From: the human T2T-CHM13v2.0 reference genome, Homo sapiens
Assembly: GCF_009914755.1 (NCBI RefSeq)
Contig: NC_060934.1
Length of the DNA: 64,000 nt
Direction: 5' to 3' (one strand)
The notes under the pieces were generated by a model. It did no database searches, was not told where the DNA came from, and saw only the letters and a list, made by a program, of their open reading frames with translations. Positions within the stretch are counted from its first letter, which is position 1. Each line of letters begins with the position of its first letter. Positions 51,572-64,000 of this stretch are shown one piece after another. The position numbers and the translations under genes are program-made.

Positions 51572-51874
51572 GTGTATTTTAATTTTTAATGAATCTTATT
51601 TCTACATGTGTAGCAGATAGATACACAACCCCCTAAATTTTAAATATAGAACTTAATGAATTATTACAAATCCGTGGCACAAATAATGAATACACAGGTC
51701 AAAACAAACATTGCCAGCACTCCTGAAGCTGCCGTCTTGTCCCCCTCACAATCCTGACACCTCCCTGCTCATTCATTCATTTACATATAAGCCACAGTAT
51801 CTGGCTTCAGTGGCAGAGTTGAATAGTTGTGACAGGAACGTTTTGGCCTGCAAAGCCCCAAATTTAATGATGTC

Positions 51875-51877
<3 letters not shown>

Positions 51878-51909
<32 letters not shown>

Positions 51910-52180
51910 GAGAGAGTCTCACTGTCACCCAGGCTAGGGTGCAGTGTGCGATCTTGGCTCACTGCAGCCTCTGCCTTCAGGGCCCAAGGGATTCTCCTGG
52001 CTAAGTCTCCCAAGTAGCTGAAATTACAGGCACGCGCCATCACACCTGGCTAATTTTGTATTTTAGTAGAGACAGGGTTTTACTTGGCCAGGCTGGTCTC
52101 AAACTCCTGGCCTCAAGTGATCCGCCTGCCTTGGCCTCCCAAAGCACTGGGATTACAGGTGTGAGCCACCGTGCCTGGCC
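51878..52180 (-). mobile_element. Alu
   Basis: Consensus, long T tract. Confidence 0.9.
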
Positions 52181-52737
52181 AAATATTTAATGTCTGATTT
52201 TTTACAGAAGAAGTTTACCAATCCCTAGATTAGTTTATTACGTTTATTTGTTGCTGGTGTGTACTAGTCTAGATGACTTTTCCTACTTCAAGGTTATGAA
52301 GATACTCTTGTTACCTTTTAAAATATTTCTTGTTTTGGCATTCACATTTACATCTCTTTCATTGGAATGAGTGTCTACTTCTGTATGAGGTAGATGTCAG
52401 ATTCCTTTTTTCATGTGGTTAATGTAGAATTATTTTTGAAAACACCATCCTTTCCCCACTGTTTTACATTGTGATATTTGTCATCAATTATGTGTACATA
52501 TATGTCTGTGTGTTTTTTGGGCTATGTTCTGTTGGTTGGTTGTGCCAGTACCACACTTGGTGAAACATCTTAGCGTCTAGTAGCTGGTTTAACACATTTT
52601 TTCTTCAGCAAGATCCTGGCTCTTCCTAGTTCCTTGCATTTCCATACAAATATTGTTAGTATTAATAAAATAACTTGCTGAGACTTTCTTTGGGGTTGAA
52701 TTGAACCTATATATAAATTTGGGAAGAATTACTTACC

Positions 52738-53019
52738 TTTTTTTTTGAGACAGAGTCGCCCAGGCTGGAGTGCAGTGGTACGATCTCAGCTTATGCAACC
52801 TCCACCTCCCGGGTTCAAGTGATTCTCCTGCCTCAGCCTCCCGAGGAATTGGAATTACAGGCACCTGCCACCACACCTGGCTAATGTTTTTGTATTTTTA
52901 GTAGAGACACGGTTTTGCCATGTTGGCCAGGCTGGTCTTGAACTCCTGACCTCAAGTGAGCCACCTGCCTTGACCTCCCAAAGTACTAGGATTATAGATG
53001 TGAGCCACTGTGCCTGGCC
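52738..53019 (-). mobile_element. Alu
   Basis: Consensus. Confidence 0.9.
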
Positions 53020-53157
53020 TCCAATTCCATTCTTGATTATTTTCTTTCCCCAGTTTTCTGACAACCTTCTGATTTTCTCTTGATGGCTTTGAACACCACT
53101 ATATTATAAATGTCTTTGTAGTCCTTGTTTCATTCTTGATCTTCATATTATGCTTCA

Positions 53158-53465
53158 TTTTTTTTTGAGTTGGAGTTTTGCTCTTGTTACCCAGGCTGGA
53201 GTGTAGTGGTGCTGACCTTGGCTCACTGCAACGTCTGCCTCCCAGGTTAAAGGGATTCTCCTGTCTCAGCCTGGTGTCTCAGCGGGTGTCTCAGCTGGGA
53301 TTACAGACACCCGCCAACACGCCTGGCTAATTTTTTGTATTTTTAGTAGAGATGGGGTTTCACCATTTTTGTCAGGCTGGTCTCTTAACTCCTGAGCTCA
53401 GGTGATCCACCCACCTCAGCCTCCCAAAGTGCTGAGATTACAGGTGTGAGCCACCATGCCAAGCC
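53158..53465 (-). mobile_element. Alu
   Basis: Consensus with tgtctcagc triplicated; TSD tatgcttca. Confidence 0.9.
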
Positions 53466-54706
53466 TATGCTTCAAATTTAATATAATTAGGATGTTTCTT
53501 ACTAGAATACTGTGTCCAACCTATATAGCCCTAACTTTCCTGGTTTACATTGTGGCCCTAGTATCTGGGCAGCTGTGCATGGAGATAGCCAGAGGAAACA
53601 TTTTTTTTCTTAATGAATTGGTGACCACATTTTGTTGTTCTTGCCTCCTATTATCCGTGCCCTATTTGCATCCTGGTTTCTTCTACAGTAGTTTATGTAA
53701 ATGTTGTTTTGTCCTTTGTCGTTCTCAGTAGAATTGGTTCTGTAAACGAAACCTGGTCCTGTAATTTCAGTATATGCTCATATCTCATCTTTGGCTCTCC
53801 CATTTTCACAGCAGTGATCCCTAAAAGATGTGCCCTAGAGGATATCCAGAACAATCCAATTGGATGTCTTCTCCGCTGTACTCCACAGAGGTTTCAAATA
53901 TAATGGTTCCAAAATCTTTCCATTTTCTACACATCCTTATTATTGTCTCTGAATTAAAGGATTAGAACCCAGAATATGTATTGCGATGAAGAAAATGTCA
54001 GGCTCTTTTTCTACATTTTTAAATCCAAATGAGAGTTAAATTAGAATTCATAATGAATGTACTGACAATTTATTTCTGTGATTTGTAAATATAAATCTGT
54101 AGTTCTCAGTAATATTCTTGAAAATGGTAAATGATCAAATACTTTGGAGACCATTGGTCTAAAATTACTCTATAACCCATTTCCTTGGCTTTTTTTCTCA
54201 AGACAGCACCAGGCCATCTCCTGTGCTGTCTGCCATTTTGTTGATGTGTGCAGTGTGTTGGAGGCCCTCACCTTTGCTTGTATCATGGCCCTATGCTTAT
54301 GAAGAACGTAATAGAGTGTTTTTCATAATTCAACCAACAGCTGTACTTCCTCAGTTAAGCTCAAAACAGAGCCAACTTTGCTCCTAATGTTAGTCTACTG
54401 TGTTTGTACTTTCACCTTAGTACTTGTAACATATTACCACACATATTTTCTTACCACTCTGTGTGTTCTTTGAACACAGGAAGATTTTTATTAATCTTAG
54501 TATTTCCAGCAGTGATGATAGTTCCAGGTACTTTGTAGGAACTTGATAATTTCTTTTGCATGAATTAATATCTTAATGCATTAATGGCAGAATATTTCTG
54601 TTATGATTTCTTTTTCCCTAAAAGTATAAAACAAAACAATATTCTGTGAATAATAATCATGGTAAGGATTAGCCCATACTTCTTTTTTCATGCCACCTAA
54701 TTCTGA

Positions 54707-54889
<183 letters not shown>

Positions 54890-55135
54890 TAGCATTTGTT
54901 TATTCTTTTGATTATGAAGCGTATGGGCAGTCTGTATAGTTTAATGATATTTAAGGTTAGGCTTCAGGAGTCAGTGTTGATTGATCACCTCTGAGCACCA
55001 GAAGATACTTGTGTTCACCTCTCCAGTGAAAATGTTCCACTGGCGACTCGAAGCAGCCCCAGAAGCTTCTTCCTGCTTCAAAGGCCTGAAGTCTAGACTG
55101 CTTGGTCCAAATCCTAAATTATTTCCTGTTAACAG

Positions 55136-55231
55136 GGTATTGTGTTCACAAACCAGAGGTGATCTTCAGGCTGCAACAAGGAGAAGAGCCATGGAAACAG
55201 GAGGAAGAATTCCCAAGCCAAAGCTTTCCAG
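55136..55231 (+). CDS. ZNF33A: ZNF33A exon 4, KRAB-B box
   Basis: aacag|(G)YCVHKPEVIFRLQQGEEPWKQEEEFPSQSFP|gtgagt; 96 nt, phase 1/1. Confidence 0.95.
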
Positions 55232-55589
55232 GTGAGTTAATATGTACTGCACAGATTCACATCAGGGGATTTGTTGTTTCCCAGTAGTTAATTCAGGGTT
55301 TGGCAACTTTGGAAGATTTTTCAAGAACATCTCCATAGGGATCCTAACCTCTGGAAGTGATGGAGAATATTGATTCCTAAATCAAACTTCCAGATACTAC
55401 TCACAAAAAATTCCTCCTTTTTGAATCGTTTTTTGAATGTTTACTATTCTTACACCTGCCAATAGTTCAGTCTTTGCCCACCTCAACTTTACTGTTGTTT
55501 TTCTTGGTTATCATTTTTCTCCAAGCACTTTCAGTGTCCTACCTTGCCTCCCTTGTTTTGTGTTTATTCTGTTGTCAGAATTTTTTATA

Positions 55590-56570
<981 letters not shown>

Positions 56571-56788
56571 ATTTGGAAAGTGGGGCAATAACAAAAGAAC
56601 TAACATTTGTAACATCAGAAGGAGGGGAAAGAGGTGTTTGAAGTATTTGAAGAAGTAATGGCTGGACCTTCTCAAATTTAGCGAAAAGATATAAAACTAC
56701 ACATTCCCGAGTCTGAAGTAACATCAAATAAGTCCATGGCAAACTCACACTGTAATTAAATTTTTGAAAACCAAAGACAAAAATTTTC

Positions 56789-57327
56789 TTTTTTTTTTTA
56801 ATTTGAGCTTGTGATAATTTTATTTTATTTTATTTTATTATTATTATACTTTAAGTTTTAGGGTACATGTGTACAAGGTGCAGGTTTGTTACATATGTAT
56901 ACATGTGCCATGTTGGTGTGCTGCACCAATTAACTCGTCATTTAGCATTAGGTATATCTCCTAATGCTATCCCTCCCCACTCCCCCCACCCCATAACAGT
57001 CCCCAGTGTGTGATGTTCCCCTTCCTGTGTCCATGTGTTCTCACTGTTCAATTCTCACCTGTGAGTGAGAACATGCAGTGTTTGGTTTTTTGGCTTTGGG
57101 ATAGTTTGCTGAGAATGATGGTTTCCAGTTTCATCCATGTCCCTACAAAGGACATGAACTCATCATTTTTTATGGCTGCATAGTATTCCATGGTATATAT
57201 GTGCCATATTTTCTTAATCCAGTCTATTGTTGTTGGACATTTGGGTTGGTTCCAAGTCTTTGCTATTGTGAATAGTGCCGCTATAAACATACGTGTGCAT
57301 GTGTCTTTATAGCAGCATGATTTATAA
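56789..57327 (-). mobile_element. 5'-truncated L1PA (L1PA4/5-like)
   Basis: ORF2 C-terminus [19 protein letters not shown], 3'UTR; TSD aaaattttc. Confidence 0.9.
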
Positions 57328-58073
57328 TAAAATTTTCAAAGTAGCCAGAGAGAAACAACACATTCCCTACAGAGAATGACTGTGGGTTTCTCTTCTGAAA
57401 CTGCGGCAGCAGGAAGGAAGTAGTATGTTTTCTCAAGTACTGAGAGGAAAGCACTATCAAATAAAAATCTGTATCTTTTGAAACTATCTTCATGAATAAA
57501 GGGGAACTAAAGGCATTATTAGACAGGGAAGCTAAGAGAAAATGTTGCTAGCAAACCTACCTTTAAAAATTGGCTAGAAGTTCTCTAAATAGAATGGAAA
57601 TAACACAAGAAGGCTTGGAATGCAGGCAAGAAAGAAGATTGGAGGTTGGCAAAAATAGGGATAAATATATTTTTCTCATGAGTTTCTAGAATCATTTTTG
57701 ATGGTTGGAGCAAAATGCTCTGTATGTAGTGGGAACACTTAAGACAATTATATTTTAAAAGTGGGGAGAGTAAAGGGGCCTAAGTGGAATGAAACTTGGT
57801 GCATTTCACTTCAAGTGGTAAAATGTCTGATAGACTGATAAGTTACATATGTACATTTTTATACCTAGAACAACTACTGAGAATACTATAAAATGTGATA
57901 CACTTAGAAACACTATAAATAAACCAAGATGGAATCTAAAAGATGAATGGAAAACAGAAAACAAAACAAATAGCAGCCTAACAGAGCAATATTTACCTTA
58001 AATGTAAATGATCAAAGTATACTAATTAAAATATAAACTGATAGAGTGGAAAAAACATAAAACAATTCTAAAA

Positions 58074-58930
58074 TTTTTAATTTTTGTGAGTACATAGTAG
58101 GTATATATATTTTTGAAGTACAGATGTTTTGATACAGGCATGCAATGTGTAATAATCACATTTACCCTAATGTGATTATTTATCTTTTGTGTTATAAACA
58201 ATCCAGTTATACTCTTTTAGTCACTTCAAAATGTACAATTAAATTTGACTATAGTGACCCTGTTGTGCTAGCAAATATTAGGTCTTATTCATTCTTTCTA
58301 AAGGTTTTTTTCTACCCTTTAACCATCCTCACCTTCCCCCGACCCCACCCCACTACCTTTCCCAGTCTCTGGTAACCGTCCTTTTACTTTCTACCTCACC
58401 TCCATGAGTTCAGTTATGTTAATTTTTAGCTTTCACAAATAAGTGAGAACATGCAAAATTTAACATTCTGCTTCCATTTCCGTCTAGGTTGTTGCATATG
58501 ACAGGATCTCTCATTCTTTTTTATGGCTGAATGGTACTCCATTGTGTATATGTACCACATTTTCTTTATCTGTTTATCTGTGAATGGACACTTAGGTTGA
58601 TTCCAAATCTTAGCTCTTGTGAACAGTGCTGCAGTAAACATGGGAGCAGAGATATCTCATTGATGTACTGATTTCTTTTCTTTTGGGCATATACCTAGCA
58701 GTGGGATTGCTGGATCATATGATAGCTCTATTTTTAGTTTTTTCAGGAACTTCCAAACTGTTCTCTTTCAGCCATATGAAGTGAAAACCATGCTCTGTAA
58801 GTGCTCACCTGACTTTTAGTTCCTGTGAAACTGCTGCTTTTGTGTGGATAGTTGCCAATCTTAGTCTTCCTGCGGGGGGAGTGGGTATGATCGGTGGTGT
58901 TCTCTATTCCACCATCTTGCTCCACCCATC
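58074..58930 (-). mobile_element. L1MA-type element: 5' end fused to 3' end
   Basis: Reverse complement GGAGCAAGATGGTGGAATAG start joined at ~58764 to the ORF2 C-terminus and 3'UTR. Confidence 0.7.
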
Positions 58931-59350
58931 CTAAAAATGTTTTCTTAGGAAACTCATAACATAATGAACAACGTAGGTTGATAAAGTATATAAAAAGATA
59001 AACTGTACAAACATTAATCAAAACAGAGTGACACTATTAATATCAAATACAGTAGACTCCAGAGCAAAGAAAATTATTAGACAAAAGGAACATTATATAA
59101 TGATAAAAGGATCAATCCAACAAAAATGCAATGATCCTAAATGTGTCTCTAGCAAACCTCAAAGTACACAAAACAAAACTGATTGAGCTGAAAAGAGAAA
59201 AGCACATTTTTAATTGTATTTGGAAAATTCATCACTTCACTGTTAGCAATTGGTAGAATTACTAGCCATGATTACTAGCAGATACAGAAGAACAGGACAG
59301 CATCATCAGCCAACAGGACTGAAGCAACATTGTAGAATAGTGCTCAACAA

Positions 59351-59646
59351 GGCCGGGTGCGGTGGTCCATGCCTTTAATCCCAGCACTTTGGGAAGCAGA
59401 GGCGGGCAGATTGCTTGAGGTCAGGAATTCAAGAGTAGCCTGGATAACATGGTGAAACCCTGTCTCTACTAAAAATACAAAAATTAGCCAGGCATGGTGG
59501 CGCATGCCTGTATTCCCAGCTACTTAAGAAGCTGAGGTAGGAGAATCGCTTGAACTGGGAGGCGAAGGTTGCAGTAAGCCAAGATTGTGTTACAAAGCTT
59601 GGGTTACAGAATAAGACTCTGTCTCAAAAAAGAAAAGAAAAAAAAA
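59351..59646 (+). mobile_element. Alu
   Basis: Consensus; TSD tagtgc(t/c)caacaa. Confidence 0.9.
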
Positions 59647-60366
59647 GAGTAGTGCCCAACAACAGCAAAATAAAATTTTTTTCTCAAGTGTCCATGGAAT
59701 ATTCAGAAAGATAGACCATATTCTGGGCCATAAATAAGCCTTGGCAGATTTAAAAGAATTGAAATCATTCTGAGTATGTATGTTTTCTGGCCATAATGAA
59801 ACCAAACTACAAATCAGTAATAGAGTGACAATAGGAAAATATCTAATCATTTAGAAATTAAACATCAGACTTCTAAATAAAGTCTGGAGTGAAGAAGGGG
59901 CCTCAAATTCAATAGTAGAAATGCATAGACTTAATGAAAATGAGACCATACCGTATCAATATATGTGGGAGGTAGCTAAAGCAGTGCTGATAGAGAAATT
60001 TATGGCACTAAATGCTGACAGTAGACAAGACGATAGGTTGCAAACCCATAATTGACTTTCTACCTTAAGAAACTAGAAAAGAGCAAAATAAAACCTCTGT
60101 TAAGTAGAAGGACGAAAATAACACTGGAAGCAGAAATCAGTAAAATTGAAAATAGGAAAAAGTAGAGAAAACTAATGAAACATAGGGTTCTTTGGGAAAA
60201 AATCAATAAAATTGATAAACGTCTAGCAATATTGATTTAAAATATAGAATGAGATGACAAATCATCAATATCTGGAATGAAACAGGGAATATCACTCCAC
60301 CATCCATTTAACAGTATAATAAGGGAATCTTGTCAACAACTTTATGTTTATAAATATGACAACATA

Positions 60367-60672
60367 GGCCAGGTGTGGTGGCTCATGCCTGTTATTCCAA
60401 CACTTTGGGAGGCCAAGGTGGGTGTATCACCTGAGGTCAAGAGTTCGTGACCACCCTGGCCAACATGGTGAAACTCCGTCTCTACTAAAAATACAAAAAT
60501 TAGTCTGGTGTGGTGGTGCACGCCTGTAGTCCCAGCTACTCAGGAGGCTGAGGTAGGAGAATGGCTTGAACCCAGGGAGTGGGAGGTTTCAGTGAGCTGA
60601 TACTGCTCCATTGTACTCTAGCCTGGGCAACAGAGCAAAACTCTGTCTCAAAAAAAAAAAAAAAAAAAAAAA
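60367..60672 (+). mobile_element. Alu
   Basis: Consensus; TSD atgacaacat. Confidence 0.9.
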
Positions 60673-60901
60673 TGACAACATGGAAGAAATGTACCAGTTC
60701 TTCAGAAACCACAAACTATTACAACTCAGTCAGGGTGATATAGATAATTTGAATGACCCATAGGTTTTCATAAAGGTTGACATAATTTGAATCAAATAAT
60801 TTAAATTTTAAAAACCTCCAAAAAACCAATTTCCAAGTACAAAAGAGTTGTAGTCCTCACTAGAGAATTCTACCAAACATTTACACAAGAATTAATGATG
60901 A

Positions 60902-61236
<335 letters not shown>

Positions 61237-61870
61237 CAAGAGGGAACATTTCTTAACACATTTAAAAAATTATTTTGATGCCAAAATCATACAGACAGTA
61301 CAAAAATAATACAACTACAGACATATACCTCTCATAAATTTAGTAGCAAAAATCTTTAACAAAATACTAGCAAATAGAAAACAGTCATGTAAAAAGTATA
61401 CACCATAATAACCAAGTGGGATTTATTTGAGTTATACAAGCAAGGCTGGTTCAACATTCAGAAATCGATCAATGTAATTAACCCAGCATAGGCTAAAGAA
61501 GAAAAATTACATAACATCAGTTAATAATAGAGAAAGGATTTGACAAAATGCAATATCCATCCATGATAAAAACTCTCCATACTAGACATTGAGAGGATCT
61601 TCCTCAATTTGATGAATGAACATGCACAAAATATTTATAGCAAATATATTTGCTGGTAAGATGAATGCTTTCCCTGTAAAACTGGGAACAAGGCAAGGAT
61701 GTTTGCTCCTGCCACTCTTATTCATTGTAGTACTGTAACTTCTATCAAGCACAATGAGGCAAGAAAGTGAAATAGAAGTCATACACGTAGAGAAGAAATA
61801 AAACTTTATATTTACATATGACATGATTGTATACGTAGAATATTACAAGGAATCTTAGAAAAAAACCTCA

Positions 61871-62185
61871 GGCCAGGCGCAGTGGCTCATGCCTATAATC
61901 CCAGCGCTTTGGGAGGCTGAGGCAGGTGGATCACCTGAGATCGGGAGTTCAAGAGCAGCCTGACCAATATGGAGAAACCCCATCTCTACTAAAAATACAA
62001 AATTAGCCGGGTGTGGTGGTGCATGCCTGTAATCCCAGCTACGTGGGAGGCAGGAGAATTGCTTCAACCTGGAAGGTGGAGGTTACGGTGAGCCGAGATC
62101 ACGCCATTGCATACCAGCTTGGGCAACAAGAGTGAAACTCCGTCTCAAAAACAAAACAAAAAAAAAAAAAAAAAAAAAGAAAAAA
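61871..62185 (+). mobile_element. Alu (AluSp-like)
   Basis: Consensus. Confidence 0.9.
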
Positions 62186-62673
62186 TGTAAACCTCCCAGA
62201 AAGAATGAATGATTTCCAAAAAGTTTCAGGATCCAAGATGAACACATATAATCAATTTCTCTCTACTAACAATGAACATATGGAAATCTAAATTAAAAAC
62301 ATAATACCACTTATTCCATAGAAAATTAAATAGTTTGGTATAAATTGAACAAAATATGTATAGGACTTTTGTGCTGAAAATTACAAAATGCTGATGAAAG
62401 AAATAATAGAAATAAATGAAGACACATGGTCTCTTGATAGATTGGAAAACTCAACTTAGTAAGTATGCCAGTTCTCTCCAAATTGATCTGTAGGTTTAAT
62501 GGCATTCCTGTCAAGATTCCAGTAAGGTTTTTCTCAGCTTTAAATAAACTTATTCCAAAATTTGCATAAACAGTCAAAGTCATAAACAGTTGAAACAATT
62601 TGGGAAAATTTTTCTCAAAAGTTTTGAGAAAAAGAATAGTAGGAATTATTGTATCCAGTGTTAAGGCTTATTA

Positions 62674-63192
62674 CATTAGTCTCCCCTTTTCTGTGGTTTT
62701 GCTTTCTGCAGTTTCAGTTACCTGAGGCCAGCTGTGGTTCAAAAATATTAAATAGGAAACTTCAGAAATAAATAATTCCTCAGTTTTAAGTTGCACACTG
62801 TTGTGAGTAGCATGATGAAATTTTGCACTGTCCTGTCCCAGGACATGAATCAACCCTATGTCTAGCATACCCAGGCTGTATATGCTACCCATGAGTTAAT
62901 TACTTAGTAACTGTCTTGATTATTTATTGTCACAATATGTGTTCAGGTAACCCTTATTTTACTTAATAATGGCCCTGAAGTGCCAGAGTAGTGATGATAG
63001 CATATTGTTATAACTTTTCTATTTTATGATCTTGTTAATCTTTCCCTGTCCCTAATTTATAAATTAAACTTTATCATAGGTTTGTATATTTAGGAAAAAA
63101 CATAGTATTTATAGGGCTCAATACTATCTGAGGTTTCAGGCTTCCGCTGGGTGTCTTGGAATGTACTTCCCTTGGATAAGGAGTGACTACTG
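62674..63192 (+). mobile_element. MER44 (Tigger7) MITE
   Basis: TAGTCTCCCCTT...TTTCAGTTACC...GGATAAGGAGTGACTACTG|TA. Confidence 0.75.
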
Positions 63193-63311
63193 TATGTATA
63201 TATTAATAGCTATAATAATCAAGAGGACAGGATGTTGGTAGAATATACACATTGGTAGAACATACATATAGAATGATGGAAAAGAATGGAAAACCTCAAC
63301 ATTGATTATGC

Positions 63312-63691
63312 TGTTATATAGACTATATGTTCATGTCTCCCCAGAATTCATATGTTGGAGCCCTCACCCCAAGTGTGGTGGTGTTTGGAGATATGCAGCC
63401 CTTGGCAGGTAATTAGGGTTAGATTAAGTCATGAGAGTGGGGCCCTCAAGATGAGGTTAGTGCCTTACAGGAAGAGGAAGTGAGAGCTTGCTCACTCACC
63501 ATGTGCATAGAGGAAAGGCGATGTGAATATGCAGTGGCCTTCTGCAAGCTAGGAAGAGGCCCTCACCAGGCCCTGGCCATGCTGGCGTCCTGATCTCAGA
63601 CTTCCAGCATTTGGAACCGTGAGGAAATAAACTTCTGTTGTTTAAGCCACACAGTCTGTGGTATTTTGTTATGGCAGCCGAAGCTAAGACA
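63312..63691 (+). mobile_element. MLT1A-type MaLR LTR
   Basis: CCCCAGAATTCATATGTTG...AATAAA...GCAGCCGAAGCTAAGACA. Confidence 0.75.
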
Positions 63692-63769
63692 TTTGACAAA
63701 CTGTTGACAAAAATGCAAAAGAAATTCAGCCAGGTATTCAGCAAATGATGCTGGAGCATTTTAACGTAT

Positions 63770-64000
63770 CTTGTTTTGTGTGTGGTAAAATATATGTATC
63801 ATGAAATTTGCCATTTTAACAGTCCAGTGGCATTACACTCACAATGTTGTATAGCCATTACCACAATTTCTAATAGATTTTCATTATTTCAAACAGAAAC
63901 CCTATTGCTATTAAGCAGTAACTACTCATTCCCCCCTCCTGCCAGCCTATGGCAACCCCGTATCTAGTTTGTCTCTGTGAGTTTTGACTGTTGTGAATAT
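63770..64000 (-). mobile_element. Old L1M 3' end
   Basis: catgaaatttgccattttaac...gccattaccac. Confidence 0.55.

Overview
Human (primate) genomic DNA with no bacterial-type features. It holds the 5' ends of two divergent KRAB zinc-finger genes, recognised from their encoded N-termini. ZNF25 is on the minus strand (CpG-island promoter ~14.15-14.85 kb; first coding exon MNKFQ at 9707-9721; KRAB and zinc-finger exons lie outside the window). ZNF33A is on the plus strand (CpG island ~48.1-49.0 kb; exons giving MNK|[14 protein letters not shown]...KRAB-A|KRAB-B; zinc-finger exon beyond the window). Most of the rest is interspersed repeat: about 54 Alus, a full-length but frameshifted L1PA2/3 with an open ORF0, old L1M/L2 fragments, MaLR/MLT2/MER4/MER11/LTR10-type LTRs, a truncated gamma-type provirus with a tRNA-Pro PBS, DNA-transposon MITEs and a Y1 RNA retrocopy. 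I found no clearly new gene. The best leads are regulatory: (1) both genes have a uORF whose stop overlaps the main AUG (AUGA), and in ZNF33A skipping the inverted-Alu-flanked exon 2 converts that uORF into the protein N-terminus; (2) retroelement promoters with splice donors point at both genes, including possible in-frame ORF0-ZNF25 fusions; (3) the two promoters are mirror-image ZNF143+NRF1 modules. These are sequence-based hypotheses. Repeat subfamily names and repeat boundaries are from recall and by eye, and need RepeatMasker/Dfam confirmation.
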